Below, piece by piece: positions 1 through 8,869 of a stretch of DNA of 64,000 bases; positions within the stretch are counted from its first letter, which is position 1; the number at the start of each line of letters is the position of its first letter. The notes under the pieces are model-generated. The model was not told the DNA's origin and made no database searches. It saw only the letters and a program-made list of their open reading frames with translations. This DNA comes from an uncultured Treponema sp. (GTDB lineage: Bacteria > Spirochaetota > Spirochaetia > Treponematales > Treponemataceae): positions 5,484 to 69,483 of the forward strand of contig CAZIQK010000003.1 of the NCBI GenBank assembly GCA_964541735.1, written 5' to 3'. The translations under genes and the position numbers were made by a program.

Positions 1-443
1 TCAATTGCTTCGCTTGTTCCAACTGGAGAAATTTTTTCTCCAGTTTTTGCTTTAACAAACACTTGTTCACTTTTTACGCCAAGAACTTTTGCAATATTTT
101 CTATAACTTCTTGCCGATACGGAATGAATTTTGGTTTTTCGAGTTTTACAACACAATCTAAATTTTCTATTTTCCAGCCATTTTTATAAACATCTTGTAA
201 AACTGCTTTTAGTAGATATGCAGAATCTGCATTTTTCCATTTTTCATCTTCGCTCGGAAAGTAAGAGCCAATATCACCTAAACCACTAGCTCCTAAAATT
301 GCATCTGTGATTGCATGAAAAAGGACATCTCCATCAGAATGACCATATTCACCTTTTTCGAAAGGAATTTTTATTCCACCTAAAATTAAAGTTCGTCCTT
401 CTATCAATCTATGTAAATCGTACCCAAAACCGACTCGAATCAT
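1..443 (-). CDS. ispF: 2-C-methyl-D-erythritol 2,4-cyclodiphosphate synthase (C-terminus cut by window edge)
   Basis: My own minus-strand translation from ATG 441-443 gives MIRVGFGYDLHRLIEGRTLILGGIKIPFEKGEYGHSDGDVLFHAITDAILGA..., carrying the IspF signature (DxH, HSDGDV, HAxxDAxLGA). ATGA overlap with the ispD stop. Confidence 0.85.
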   Translation of the reverse strand, partial: MIRVGFGYDLHRLIEGRTLILGGIKIPFEKGEYGHSDGDVLFHAITDAILGASGLGDIGSYFPSEDEKWKNADSAYLLKAVLQDVYKNGWKIENLDCVVKLEKPKFIPYRQEVIENIAKVLGVKSEQVFVKAKTGEKISPVGTSEAI

Positions 444-1165
444 CATTTTTCACCATTCTCTAAAATATTTAAATCTTGCAGATAAGTTATTTTTATATTT
501 TTTGAATCACCAGCAAAAACTTTTACAGGAAAATCTTTATAAAATTCTCCCCAAATTGCTGTGTCATCTGTAAATTCTAAATTTTGACTGATTGCCTTTT
601 TGTGAGCTAAATAAAGTTTTTTAAAATTAAAACATTGAGGAGTTTGCACAGCAACTAAAGAATTTCGGTCAAGATGTTCAATAATAAAACCATTTCTGTC
701 AATGCGTTTTTGAGTGTCGGTCGGAGAAATTCCAGGGACAGACGCTTGATATAAAAATGCATTTTCTATTCCATCCAAAATAATTTTTTCTGTTACAAAA
801 GGTCTTGCTCCATCGTGAATTAAAACAATTTCTGGAGAATTTTTGATTGCACATAAAGCGTTAAAAACTGATTTTTGTCTTGAATTTCCACCTTCTACAA
901 TAGAAATCTTATTTTTTTGTAAGAGAAGTTCTTTGTCTAAAAAAAGTGCTTTTTCACATTCTGATTTTTTATTTTGCGGGCAAGTTATTATAAAATCTGT
1001 AATTTCGAAACTTTTACAACTTTCTAAAAAAAATTTAGCACAGTTCGATAAAACTGTGCCATTTTTATAATGTAAATATTCTTTTTTTACGCCACCCATT
1101 CTTGAAGATGAACCAGCGGCTGTAATTATAATTGCGATTTTAGAATTCTTCGTTTTCAAAATCAT
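443..1165 (-). CDS. ispD: 2-C-methyl-D-erythritol 4-phosphate cytidylyltransferase
   Basis: 240-aa ORF. N-terminal IIITAAGSSSRMGGVKKEY nucleotide-binding loop and VLIHDGARPF motif are typical of IspD. Coupled to ispF. Confidence 0.9.
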   Translation of the reverse strand: MILKTKNSKIAIIITAAGSSSRMGGVKKEYLHYKNGTVLSNCAKFFLESCKSFEITDFIITCPQNKKSECEKALFLDKELLLQKNKISIVEGGNSRQKSVFNALCAIKNSPEIVLIHDGARPFVTEKIILDGIENAFLYQASVPGISPTDTQKRIDRNGFIIEHLDRNSLVAVQTPQCFNFKKLYLAHKKAISQNLEFTDDTAIWGEFYKDFPVKVFAGDSKNIKITYLQDLNILENGEK

Positions 1166-1802
1166 CGTCTTCGTTTAATTCTTCATCAGAAGAATCATCT
1201 TCGGAATCGTCGTCAGAATCTTCTTTTTCGCTTTTTTCGTTAACATCGTCCATCAAATCATCATCTTCATCATCATCAAGAATTATTGGATGTTTGATTT
1301 TTTGAGCAGCTCCAGGCGGTTCAAGTTTTACGTGAATTTCGTTTTCAACTTCTTTTTCAGGTCTGTCCATTGCGATAGAAACTTCATCTTCCAAAAGTTT
1401 TTTTGCAGAATCGTAAAGTTTTCTTTCCAAAATAGGAAGTTCTTTTACTTTGCTTCGGTTATAAAGACAACGAACAATAGTTGCAATATCTTTTATAGTT
1501 CCTTTTTTTAGAAGATCCAAATTCATTTGATAGCGTAGTTTCCAATCAGAAGTAATTGGTTCAAAATCATCAGAAAGTAAATCTAAAGCAGCTTGTGCTT
1601 CTTCTTTAGAAACAATTTGGCGAATTCCCAAATCGCTTGCTTTTTCGACAGGAACCATAACAATCATGTCGGATGCTTCAATATAAATTTTGTAATACTC
1701 TGTTGGAGTTCCATGAAAATCTTTTTCAAAAATTTCAACAATTTTTCCAACACCTTGACTTGGATAAACAACCTTTTGGTCTACATTAAATTTAGCACTC
1801 AT
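1140..1802 (-). CDS. CarD/CdnL-family RNA-polymerase-binding regulator with long acidic C-terminal tail
   Basis: N-terminus FNVDQKVVYPSQGVGKIVEI... matches the CarD_CdnL_TRCF RID pattern. The last ~60 aa are almost entirely D/E/S. Confidence 0.8.
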   Translation of the reverse strand: MSAKFNVDQKVVYPSQGVGKIVEIFEKDFHGTPTEYYKIYIEASDMIVMVPVEKASDLGIRQIVSKEEAQAALDLLSDDFEPITSDWKLRYQMNLDLLKKGTIKDIATIVRCLYNRSKVKELPILERKLYDSAKKLLEDEVSIAMDRPEKEVENEIHVKLEPPGAAQKIKHPIILDDDEDDDLMDDVNEKSEKEDSDDDSEDDSSDEELNEDDDFENEEF

Positions 1803-1919
1803 ATAGTTATAATTATATCATAAAAAAACATAAAATTCAATTTTACTGTGCTTAGATTTAACATGATTTAATGCTACATCCAAATTTACAAATTCTTTTT
1901 CTCTCACTATAATACTTTT

Positions 1920-2867
1920 ATGACAAAAATTTTTATTGATGGAAAAGAAGGAACAACCGGTTTAAAAATCTACGAAAGGTTCGCAAACCGAAACGATATA
2001 GAACTTCTTTCTCTTAGCGAAGAAAATCGAAAAAATCCAGAAAAACGTGCAGAAATGATAAACGCTTCTGATTTTACTTTTTTATGCCTTCCAGATATTG
2101 CTGCAATTGAATCTGCAGAACTTTGTACAAATCCTAAAACTGTAATAATTGATGCTTCCACCGCTCACAGAACGAATCCTGAATGGGCGTACGGATTTCC
2201 GGAATTAGATGATGATTTTCGTAAAAAAATTCAAACATCAAACAGAATCGCAGTTCCCGGTTGTTATGCCTCTGGTTCAATCGCAATTTTGTATCCGCTT
2301 GTAAAATCTGAAATTTTACCAAAAGATTATCCTGTTGTGATTCACGCAGTTAGCGGATATTCGGGCGCTGGAAAAAAAGCAATTTCTTTGTATGAAAATC
2401 AAAATCGAAATCCAGAATTCGACTCACCGCGTTTGTATGCACTTTCTCAACATCACAAACATCTTCCTGAAATACAAAAAATTTCCGGTTTAGATTTTGA
2501 ACCAATTTTTAATCCTTATGTTTGCGATTATTTTCAAGGAATGACAGTTTCTATTGGTTTGCACACAAGACTTTTGCAAAAAAAAGTAACCCCTAGTGAT
2601 GTTTTGGAAATGTTTAAAAATCATTATAAAAAAACAAATTTTATTCAAATTGCAGAAAATTTAAATGGTGAAGATATTTTAACAGAACCATTTATTCCTG
2701 CAAATTCACTTGCGAACACAAATCAAATGCAGATTTTTGTTTGTGGAAATGATGAAAGAATCGTTATTACAACTCGTTTTGATAATCTTGGAAAAGGTGC
2801 TTCCGGAGCAGCTGTTCAATGTTTAAATATCAGAATGGGAATTGATGAAAAAGAAGGTTTAAAATGA
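1920..2867 (+). CDS. argC: N-acetyl-gamma-glutamyl-phosphate reductase (short form)
   Basis: 315 aa, GKEGTTG Rossmann loop and active-site PGCYASG. Lies in an arg cluster. Confidence 0.9.
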   Translation: MTKIFIDGKEGTTGLKIYERFANRNDIELLSLSEENRKNPEKRAEMINASDFTFLCLPDIAAIESAELCTNPKTVIIDASTAHRTNPEWAYGFPELDDDFRKKIQTSNRIAVPGCYASGSIAILYPLVKSEILPKDYPVVIHAVSGYSGAGKKAISLYENQNRNPEFDSPRLYALSQHHKHLPEIQKISGLDFEPIFNPYVCDYFQGMTVSIGLHTRLLQKKVTPSDVLEMFKNHYKKTNFIQIAENLNGEDILTEPFIPANSLANTNQMQIFVCGNDERIVITTRFDNLGKGASGAAVQCLNIRMGIDEKEGLK

Positions 2868-3487
2868 AAAAATATATTTGTTTAAGTTTTGATGATGGTC
2901 CAAATCTTGGGAATGACAGCACAATGAATGATATGCTTGACATTTTGGAAAAATATAAAGTTCCTGCATCGTTTTTTTTAATTGGAAATAAAATCACAAA
3001 AGAAAATTCAAAAGTGATTGAACGTGCATTTAAAATGGGTTGCGATATTCAAAATCATTCTTGGACACATCCTTCAATGCCAAATTTAACTTTTGAACAA
3101 ATAAAAGAAGAATATCAAAAAACTGATGATGCAATTATCAAAATTACAGGAAAACGTCCAGAATTTTTCCGACCTCCTTACATTGCTGTTGATGATAAAA
3201 TGTATGATGCAATAAAAACGCCTTTTATTTGTGGTTATGGTTGCGAAGATTGGCTAGAAAATGTTTCTGCAGAAGAAAGATATCGCAGACTTTTAGATGG
3301 AGCAAAAGATGGATTGATTTTTCTTCTTCACGTAATGGAAGGAAATGTCGCAACTCTTGAAGCAGTTGATAAAATCATTCCAATTTTGAAATCTCAAGAT
3401 TATGAATTTGTGAATCTTCCTGAATTGTTTAAAATAAAAGGAATAAATCCAAATCAGGAAAAATCACTTTGGACTTATGTAAATTAG
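2864..3487 (+). CDS. polysaccharide deacetylase (NodB/CE4) family protein
   Basis: LSFDDGP and HSWTHP motifs of the NodB homology domain. ATGA overlap with the argC stop. Confidence 0.75.
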   Translation: MKKYICLSFDDGPNLGNDSTMNDMLDILEKYKVPASFFLIGNKITKENSKVIERAFKMGCDIQNHSWTHPSMPNLTFEQIKEEYQKTDDAIIKITGKRPEFFRPPYIAVDDKMYDAIKTPFICGYGCEDWLENVSAEERYRRLLDGAKDGLIFLLHVMEGNVATLEAVDKIIPILKSQDYEFVNLPELFKIKGINPNQEKSLWTYVN

Positions 3488-3491
3488 ATAT

Positions 3492-3525
3492 TGTATAAAT
3501 ATGCATAAAAATGTATAAATATGCA
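3492..3525. promoter_or_regulatory. tandem ARG-box-like sites upstream of argJ
   Basis: tgtataaatatgca at 3492-3505 and again at 3512-3525 (20-nt period). The pattern TGTATA-WW-TATRCA is also found at argR and the ABC transporter. Confidence 0.5.
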
Positions 3526-3542
3526 ATAAAGGAAACTATTTT

Positions 3543-4820
3543 ATGAGCAATATAAAATTTATTGATGGTGGAGTTTGTGCTCCAATCGGTTTTACTGCAA
3601 ATGGAATTAGAGTTGGAATTAAAGAAAGTCGTAAAATTAATGATTTTGCATTAGTTTTTTCTGAAGTTCCATGCAATGCAGCAGGTGTGTTTACTCAAAA
3701 CAAAGTAAAATCTGAAAGCGTAAAACTTGCACAAAAACATCTTGCAAATGGAAAGGCTCAAGCGGCTGTTGAAATTAGTGGAAATGCAAACACTTGTACA
3801 GGTTCTCAAGGTGCGGAAAATGCACTTCGTATGGCAAAAGCTGCTGCAAAATCACTTGGAATAAAAACTGAAGATGTAATAACTTATTCAACAGGCGTAA
3901 TTGGTTCTCAATTTGATATTTCAAAAGTTGAAAAAAATATCGATAAATTAAAAAACGGACTTTCTAAAGAAGGTCACAAGGAAGCTCGAATTGCAATTAT
4001 GACAACTGATACTCACTACAAAGAATGTGCTGTTCAGTTTGAAATTGATGGAAAAATCTGCAAAATGGGAACGATGTGCAAAGGTTCTGGAATGATTCAT
4101 ATCAATATGGGAACAATGCTCAGTTTTATTACAACAGATTGTGCAATATCCTCACAAATGCTGGAAAAAGCACTAAAATCATCAATTTTGGGAACTTATA
4201 ATTGCGTAAGTATTGATGGCGATACTTCTACAAATGATACATTAACAATTTTGGCGAATGGAATGGCAAAAAATAAAGAAATTTGTAGTGAAGGTGAAGA
4301 TTTTGATATTTTTTTAGAAGCACTAAATACAATCAACACTGTTATGGCAAAAAAAATCGCAGCAGATGGAGAAGGCGCAACAAGACTTGTTGAATGCAAT
4401 GTAAATGGAGCAAAAAATGTAGAAACTGCTCGTGCACTTGCAAAAGAAATTATCTGTTCAAGTTTAGTAAAAGCGGCAATGTTTGGTGCAGATGCGAATT
4501 TTGGAAGAATTCTTTGTGCAATGGGTTACAGTGGAATAGATTTTAATCCCGACAAAACAAGTATTTGGTTCACTTCCAATGAAAATTCAAATCGCTATTT
4601 CGAAAATTATGAAGATTTTGAAGTTCACGGAGAAAATATCATTCAAGTTTATAAAGATGGTGTTCCTCTTAAGTTTGATGAAGATTTAGCAAAAAAGATT
4701 ATGAGCGAACAAGCAGTTGAAATTTTAGTTCAATGTGGCGAAGGAAATGCTAGCGGAACTGCTTGGGGTTGCGATTTAACTTACGACTATGTAAAAATTA
4801 ATGGAGATTATAGAACTTAG
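3543..4820 (+). CDS. argJ: bifunctional ornithine acetyltransferase / N-acetylglutamate synthase
   Basis: 425 aa. Autoprocessing-site context INMGTMLSFITTD and C-terminal DLTYDYVKINGDYRT are typical of ArgJ. Confidence 0.92.
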   Translation: MSNIKFIDGGVCAPIGFTANGIRVGIKESRKINDFALVFSEVPCNAAGVFTQNKVKSESVKLAQKHLANGKAQAAVEISGNANTCTGSQGAENALRMAKAAAKSLGIKTEDVITYSTGVIGSQFDISKVEKNIDKLKNGLSKEGHKEARIAIMTTDTHYKECAVQFEIDGKICKMGTMCKGSGMIHINMGTMLSFITTDCAISSQMLEKALKSSILGTYNCVSIDGDTSTNDTLTILANGMAKNKEICSEGEDFDIFLEALNTINTVMAKKIAADGEGATRLVECNVNGAKNVETARALAKEIICSSLVKAAMFGADANFGRILCAMGYSGIDFNPDKTSIWFTSNENSNRYFENYEDFEVHGENIIQVYKDGVPLKFDEDLAKKIMSEQAVEILVQCGEGNASGTAWGCDLTYDYVKINGDYRT

Positions 4821-4872
4821 ATTTATTTATAAACCACGGGAATCTAAGATGAATTTGGAGTAATTAAATAAA

Positions 4873-5760
4873 ATGGAAAATTCAAATAAAAATTTAGGCA
4901 CAGAAAATCTTTCTACAGAGCAATGGTCTTCAGTTTTAACAGAAGCCCTTCCCTATTTTAAAAAATGGTGCGGAAAAGTTGTCGTTGTAAAATATGGCGG
5001 AAATGCAATGTTAAACGATGAACTCAAACATGCCGTTATGGACGATATTGTTTTGCTCAACACAATCGGAATAAAAGTTGTTTTGGTTCACGGTGGCGGA
5101 CCTGAAATAAATAAAATGCTAGAAAAAGTTGGAAAAGAATCAAAATTTGTGGATGGTCTTCGTTATACTGATGAAGAAACAATGGAAATTGTGCAAATGG
5201 TTCTTACTGGAAAATTAAACAAACAAATTGTCGGAATGATTTTACAACGAGGCGGAAATGCAGTTGGAATTTCCGGTGTTGATTCTGGACTTTTACGTGC
5301 AGAAAAAACAAAAAAAGACTTAGGATTTGTGGGCGAAGTAACTCAAGTTAATCCAAATATTTTAACAACACTTTTAGATAAAAATTTTATTCCTGTAGTT
5401 TCAACCGTAGCTTTAGGAGAAACTGGAGATAACTCAAACTACAACATCAATGCAGACACCGCAGCCGCAAAAATAGCAGTTGCCTTGCACGCAGAAAAAT
5501 TTGTTCAACTTACAAACGTTGCAGGAGTTTTACGAAAATTAGACGATTCATCAACTCTGATAAAACGAATAGAAAGAACCGCAATCGGCTCACTAAAAGC
5601 AACAGGTATAATTGCTGGCGGAATGATTCCTAAAATTGACTGTTGCCTTACAGCACTTGAAGGTGGCGTTCCTAGAACTCACATTATTGATGGACGAGTT
5701 CCACATTCTCTGCTTATAGAAATGTTTAGCGACCGCGGACTTGGCACGATGATTTATTAA
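4873..5760 (+). CDS. argB: acetylglutamate kinase
   Basis: 295 aa. VVKYGGNAM, VHGGGPEI and NINADTAA motifs of the amino-acid kinase family. Confidence 0.92.
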   Translation: MENSNKNLGTENLSTEQWSSVLTEALPYFKKWCGKVVVVKYGGNAMLNDELKHAVMDDIVLLNTIGIKVVLVHGGGPEINKMLEKVGKESKFVDGLRYTDEETMEIVQMVLTGKLNKQIVGMILQRGGNAVGISGVDSGLLRAEKTKKDLGFVGEVTQVNPNILTTLLDKNFIPVVSTVALGETGDNSNYNINADTAAAKIAVALHAEKFVQLTNVAGVLRKLDDSSTLIKRIERTAIGSLKATGIIAGGMIPKIDCCLTALEGGVPRTHIIDGRVPHSLLIEMFSDRGLGTMIY

Positions 5761-5811
5761 ACTTTAGTCATTTAGAATCTTAAAAATAATAAGATTATTC
5801 TTTCAAAAAAT

Positions 5812-6942
5812 TTATTTTTCAATCGTTGGCGAAATTTCTAACTTTTCTATAAGTTTTTTGGAAGAATCCGACAAATCTTTTTTGTTTGTATTTTTTATCG
5901 CACGAATTAAAATATTTTTTGGAGTATGTTCCATATCTATAAATTCTAACATTTGAACTTTGTAACCTTGCGACTCAAGCCATTCTCCGCGTAAAGAATC
6001 AGTCACAAGCGAAGCAAATCTTTCCTTTATAATTCCCCATTTTAAAAGCGGTTCAAATTCATCTTCCCTGAAAAAGCGTTTATTAAGTTGTGAATTTATT
6101 TCGTGCTGACAACAAGGAACCGACAAAATAACTTTTGCATTTTTAGAAACTGCATATTTTAAGGCAAAATCCGTTGCAGTATCACAAGCGTGGAGCGTAA
6201 TCACCAAATCAGGTGCGTGTTTTCCTTCATAAGATGCAATATTTCCAATGTGAAAATTGATATTTTGCAAATTTATTTTTTTTACAACATCATTGCAAAA
6301 ATCAATCACATCTTGTTTTAAGTCCAATCCTTCAATTTTACAAGGAATATGTTTTATTTCGGTAAGAAAATAATGCACGGCAAAAGTTAAATATGATTTT
6401 CCACAACCAAAATCCGCAATATAAATTGGAGAAGTTTTAATTTCAGAAATCACATCGTCAATAAATTCCAAAAATCTATTTATTTGACGAAATTTATCAT
6501 ATTTTGATTTTATAACTTTTCCTTTATCATTCATAATTCCTAAAAAAACTAAAAACGGAATTGGCGTTCCTTCTTCCAAAATATAATTTTTCTTTTTTTG
6601 AGGAAGAATTTTTAATTTTGATTCAATTTCTGATTGTTCATTTTTTATAGATTTTTTTAAAACTGTAATTTTGCCTTTTTTATTTGCAAGCGTTGTGATT
6701 TCTTGATTTTCATTTTTTTTTATACAATTTTTAAAAGTTATACCTTCATTTTTTGCCAAAAAATCTAACAATTCATCTTCTGAAAAATGCTTATGAAAAA
6801 CTTGAGTTTTAGTAAACATTTGAGCAAAATATGAAATCTCACCATTTGCGTTTTCAATATTTATTTTTATTTTTTCGTAAGGTTTGCCCAAAACGTTTTC
6901 TATGTTTGAAGTCGGCTTCGATAATACAACAGAAAAAATCAT
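5812..6942 (-). CDS. class I SAM-dependent methyltransferase
   Basis: 376 aa. SAM-binding motif I IADFGCGKSYL with a downstream acidic loop (EGLDL). Substrate unknown. Confidence 0.65.
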   Translation of the reverse strand: MIFSVVLSKPTSNIENVLGKPYEKIKINIENANGEISYFAQMFTKTQVFHKHFSEDELLDFLAKNEGITFKNCIKKNENQEITTLANKKGKITVLKKSIKNEQSEIESKLKILPQKKKNYILEEGTPIPFLVFLGIMNDKGKVIKSKYDKFRQINRFLEFIDDVISEIKTSPIYIADFGCGKSYLTFAVHYFLTEIKHIPCKIEGLDLKQDVIDFCNDVVKKINLQNINFHIGNIASYEGKHAPDLVITLHACDTATDFALKYAVSKNAKVILSVPCCQHEINSQLNKRFFREDEFEPLLKWGIIKERFASLVTDSLRGEWLESQGYKVQMLEFIDMEHTPKNILIRAIKNTNKKDLSDSSKKLIEKLEISPTIEK

Positions 6943-7074
6943 ATTTTCCTCACTGTTTTTCTTCAGAAGTATTTTTTTTTAGTTTGCATATTGAAAATCA
7001 AAAAAAAACACAAGTAGAAAGGTTTGCATTTTTAATAGTATACTATTTTTTAAAAAATTGATATATTTTTACTT

Positions 7075-7830
7075 ATGGGAAAGTGCATAGTTTTTGTAAA
7101 TCAAAAAGGCGGAGTTGGAAAAACAACTTCTGCAATAAATATCGGAGCTTACATCGCATTAGCAGGGAAAAAAGTTTTACTCGTTGATTTTGACTCACAA
7201 GGTAATATGTCTTCTGGAGTCGGTGTTTCAAAAGATAAACCTACAGTTTACGAATTAATTGCCGGACTTGCAGACGCAGAAAAAGTCATAAAACATACTC
7301 CGGTAGAAAATCTTGACGCAATAAGTGCTTCCATCGATTTATCTGGTGCAGCAATTGAACTTGTAGACCAAGATAATCGCGAATTTTATTTAAAAAATGC
7401 ATTAGAACCATTAAAACCACAATATGATTATATATTGATTGATTGTCCTCCATCACTTGGAATTTTAACTTTAAATGGGCTTGCAGCAGCAGATTCAGTT
7501 TTAGTTCCAATGCAATGTGAATATTTTGCTTTGGAAGGAATCACACTTTTACTTCAAACTGTTCAAAAAGTTCAAAATACAATAAATCCTGATTTAACAA
7601 TTGGTGGAATATTTTTTACAATGTACGATTCAAGAACTAGACTCGCACAAGATGTCGTACTCCAAGTAAAAACATATTTTAAAGACGTAGTTTTTAACAC
7701 AATCATTCCACGAAACGTAAGACTTTCTGAAGCACCATCGCACGGACTTCCAATTTGTAAATACGATCCTGACTGTGCAGGTGCAAAAAGTTACGAAAAA
7801 TTAGCAGAAGAGGTGATTCGTCGTGGCTAA
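7075..7830 (+). CDS. parA: chromosome partitioning ATPase ParA/Soj
   Basis: Deviant Walker A NQKGGVGKTT. 251 aa. Overlaps parB. Confidence 0.9.
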   Translation: MGKCIVFVNQKGGVGKTTSAINIGAYIALAGKKVLLVDFDSQGNMSSGVGVSKDKPTVYELIAGLADAEKVIKHTPVENLDAISASIDLSGAAIELVDQDNREFYLKNALEPLKPQYDYILIDCPPSLGILTLNGLAAADSVLVPMQCEYFALEGITLLLQTVQKVQNTINPDLTIGGIFFTMYDSRTRLAQDVVLQVKTYFKDVVFNTIIPRNVRLSEAPSHGLPICKYDPDCAGAKSYEKLAEEVIRRG

Positions 7831-8773
7831 AAATACAGGTTTAGGAAAAGGTCTTGGAGCACTTTTAAACGAAAATAAGGCTGCAGCACAAGAAGTTGCA
7901 CTTTCTACAGGGGAACTTAATACAACTGCAATCAAAAAAAATTCAAAATTGCCTTCTTGCATTGAAGTTGATGAAAATGGCGGTTTGTGGATTGACCCAA
8001 ATCTTTTAAAACCAAATCCAAAACAACCGCGACTTGAATTTGACCCAAAAAAGATGGAAGAATTAGCCGCTTCCATCAAAGAAAATGGAATTTTACAACC
8101 AATCATCATAGAACAAATTTCTTCTAACGAATTTTATATTATTGCTGGAGAACGACGAACTAGAGCAGCAAAAATTGCAGGATTAACAAAAGTTCCAATT
8201 CAGATTCGCAAATTTGATGAACAACAAAAATTGGAGATGGCATTAATTGAGAATATTCAACGTGCCGACTTAAATCCAATAGAAGAAGCAACAGCATATT
8301 ACAATCTTATTCAAATGGGAGACCTTTCCCAAGATGAAGTTGCAAAAAAAGTCGGAAAAAATCGTTCTACAGTTGCAAACTCAATTCGCCTTTTAAAACT
8401 TCCAGAAGATATAAAACGTGCTTTAGCAAATGGAGAAATTAGTTCCGGTCATGCAAGAGCACTTCTTATGGTAAAAAACGATGCCGATATGCACGTTATG
8501 TACGGAAAAATCATTGGAAGCGGAATGTCTGTAAGAGAAGCCGAAGCAATGGCTGAACAACTAAACAACGGTGGACGAGCAGCAAAAAAATCGCCAAAAA
8601 AAACAACTCGAAAAGATCCCGATATTGCAATTTTTGAACAAAATTTAAAAAATGTTTTTGGTGTTAGAGATGTCAATTTTAAAGGAACTACCGATAAAGG
8701 AACTATTGAAATTGGTTTTTCTTCCAAAAAAGATTTTGAACGAATTTGTAAAATACTTAATATTGAAGAATAA
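7823..8773 (+). CDS. parB: chromosome partitioning protein ParB/Spo0J
   Basis: GLGKGLGALL N-terminus, ParB box IIAGERRTRAAK, and HTH region. Confidence 0.9.
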   Translation: MAKNTGLGKGLGALLNENKAAAQEVALSTGELNTTAIKKNSKLPSCIEVDENGGLWIDPNLLKPNPKQPRLEFDPKKMEELAASIKENGILQPIIIEQISSNEFYIIAGERRTRAAKIAGLTKVPIQIRKFDEQQKLEMALIENIQRADLNPIEEATAYYNLIQMGDLSQDEVAKKVGKNRSTVANSIRLLKLPEDIKRALANGEISSGHARALLMVKNDADMHVMYGKIIGSGMSVREAEAMAEQLNNGGRAAKKSPKKTTRKDPDIAIFEQNLKNVFGVRDVNFKGTTDKGTIEIGFSSKKDFERICKILNIEE

Positions 8774-8774
8774 T

Positions 8775-8868
8775 GAGGGGAAAAGCCTTTCCCCTAGGTT
8801 CAACCGCAAAGCGTTTTCACCGTACCCCATTCTGCGGGGACGTTTCTTACAAAGCCCCGCAACGCCCC
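8775..8868. repeat. GC-rich hairpin element (family member) filling the parB / aminopeptidase convergent spacer
   Basis: 94 bp with 54 G+C by my count (57 %). Hairpin aggggaaa-agcc-tttcccct. Ends gaggggaaa... and ...ccccgcaacgcccc are homologous to the element at 40395-40484. Confidence 0.7.
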
Positions 8869-8869
8869 A

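Noticed and set aside
1793-1802. CIRCE half-site ttagcactc
   Set aside because: It overlaps the CarD-like gene start codon region (it encodes MSAKF), has no GAGTGCTAA partner 9 nt away, and is nowhere near a chaperone operon.
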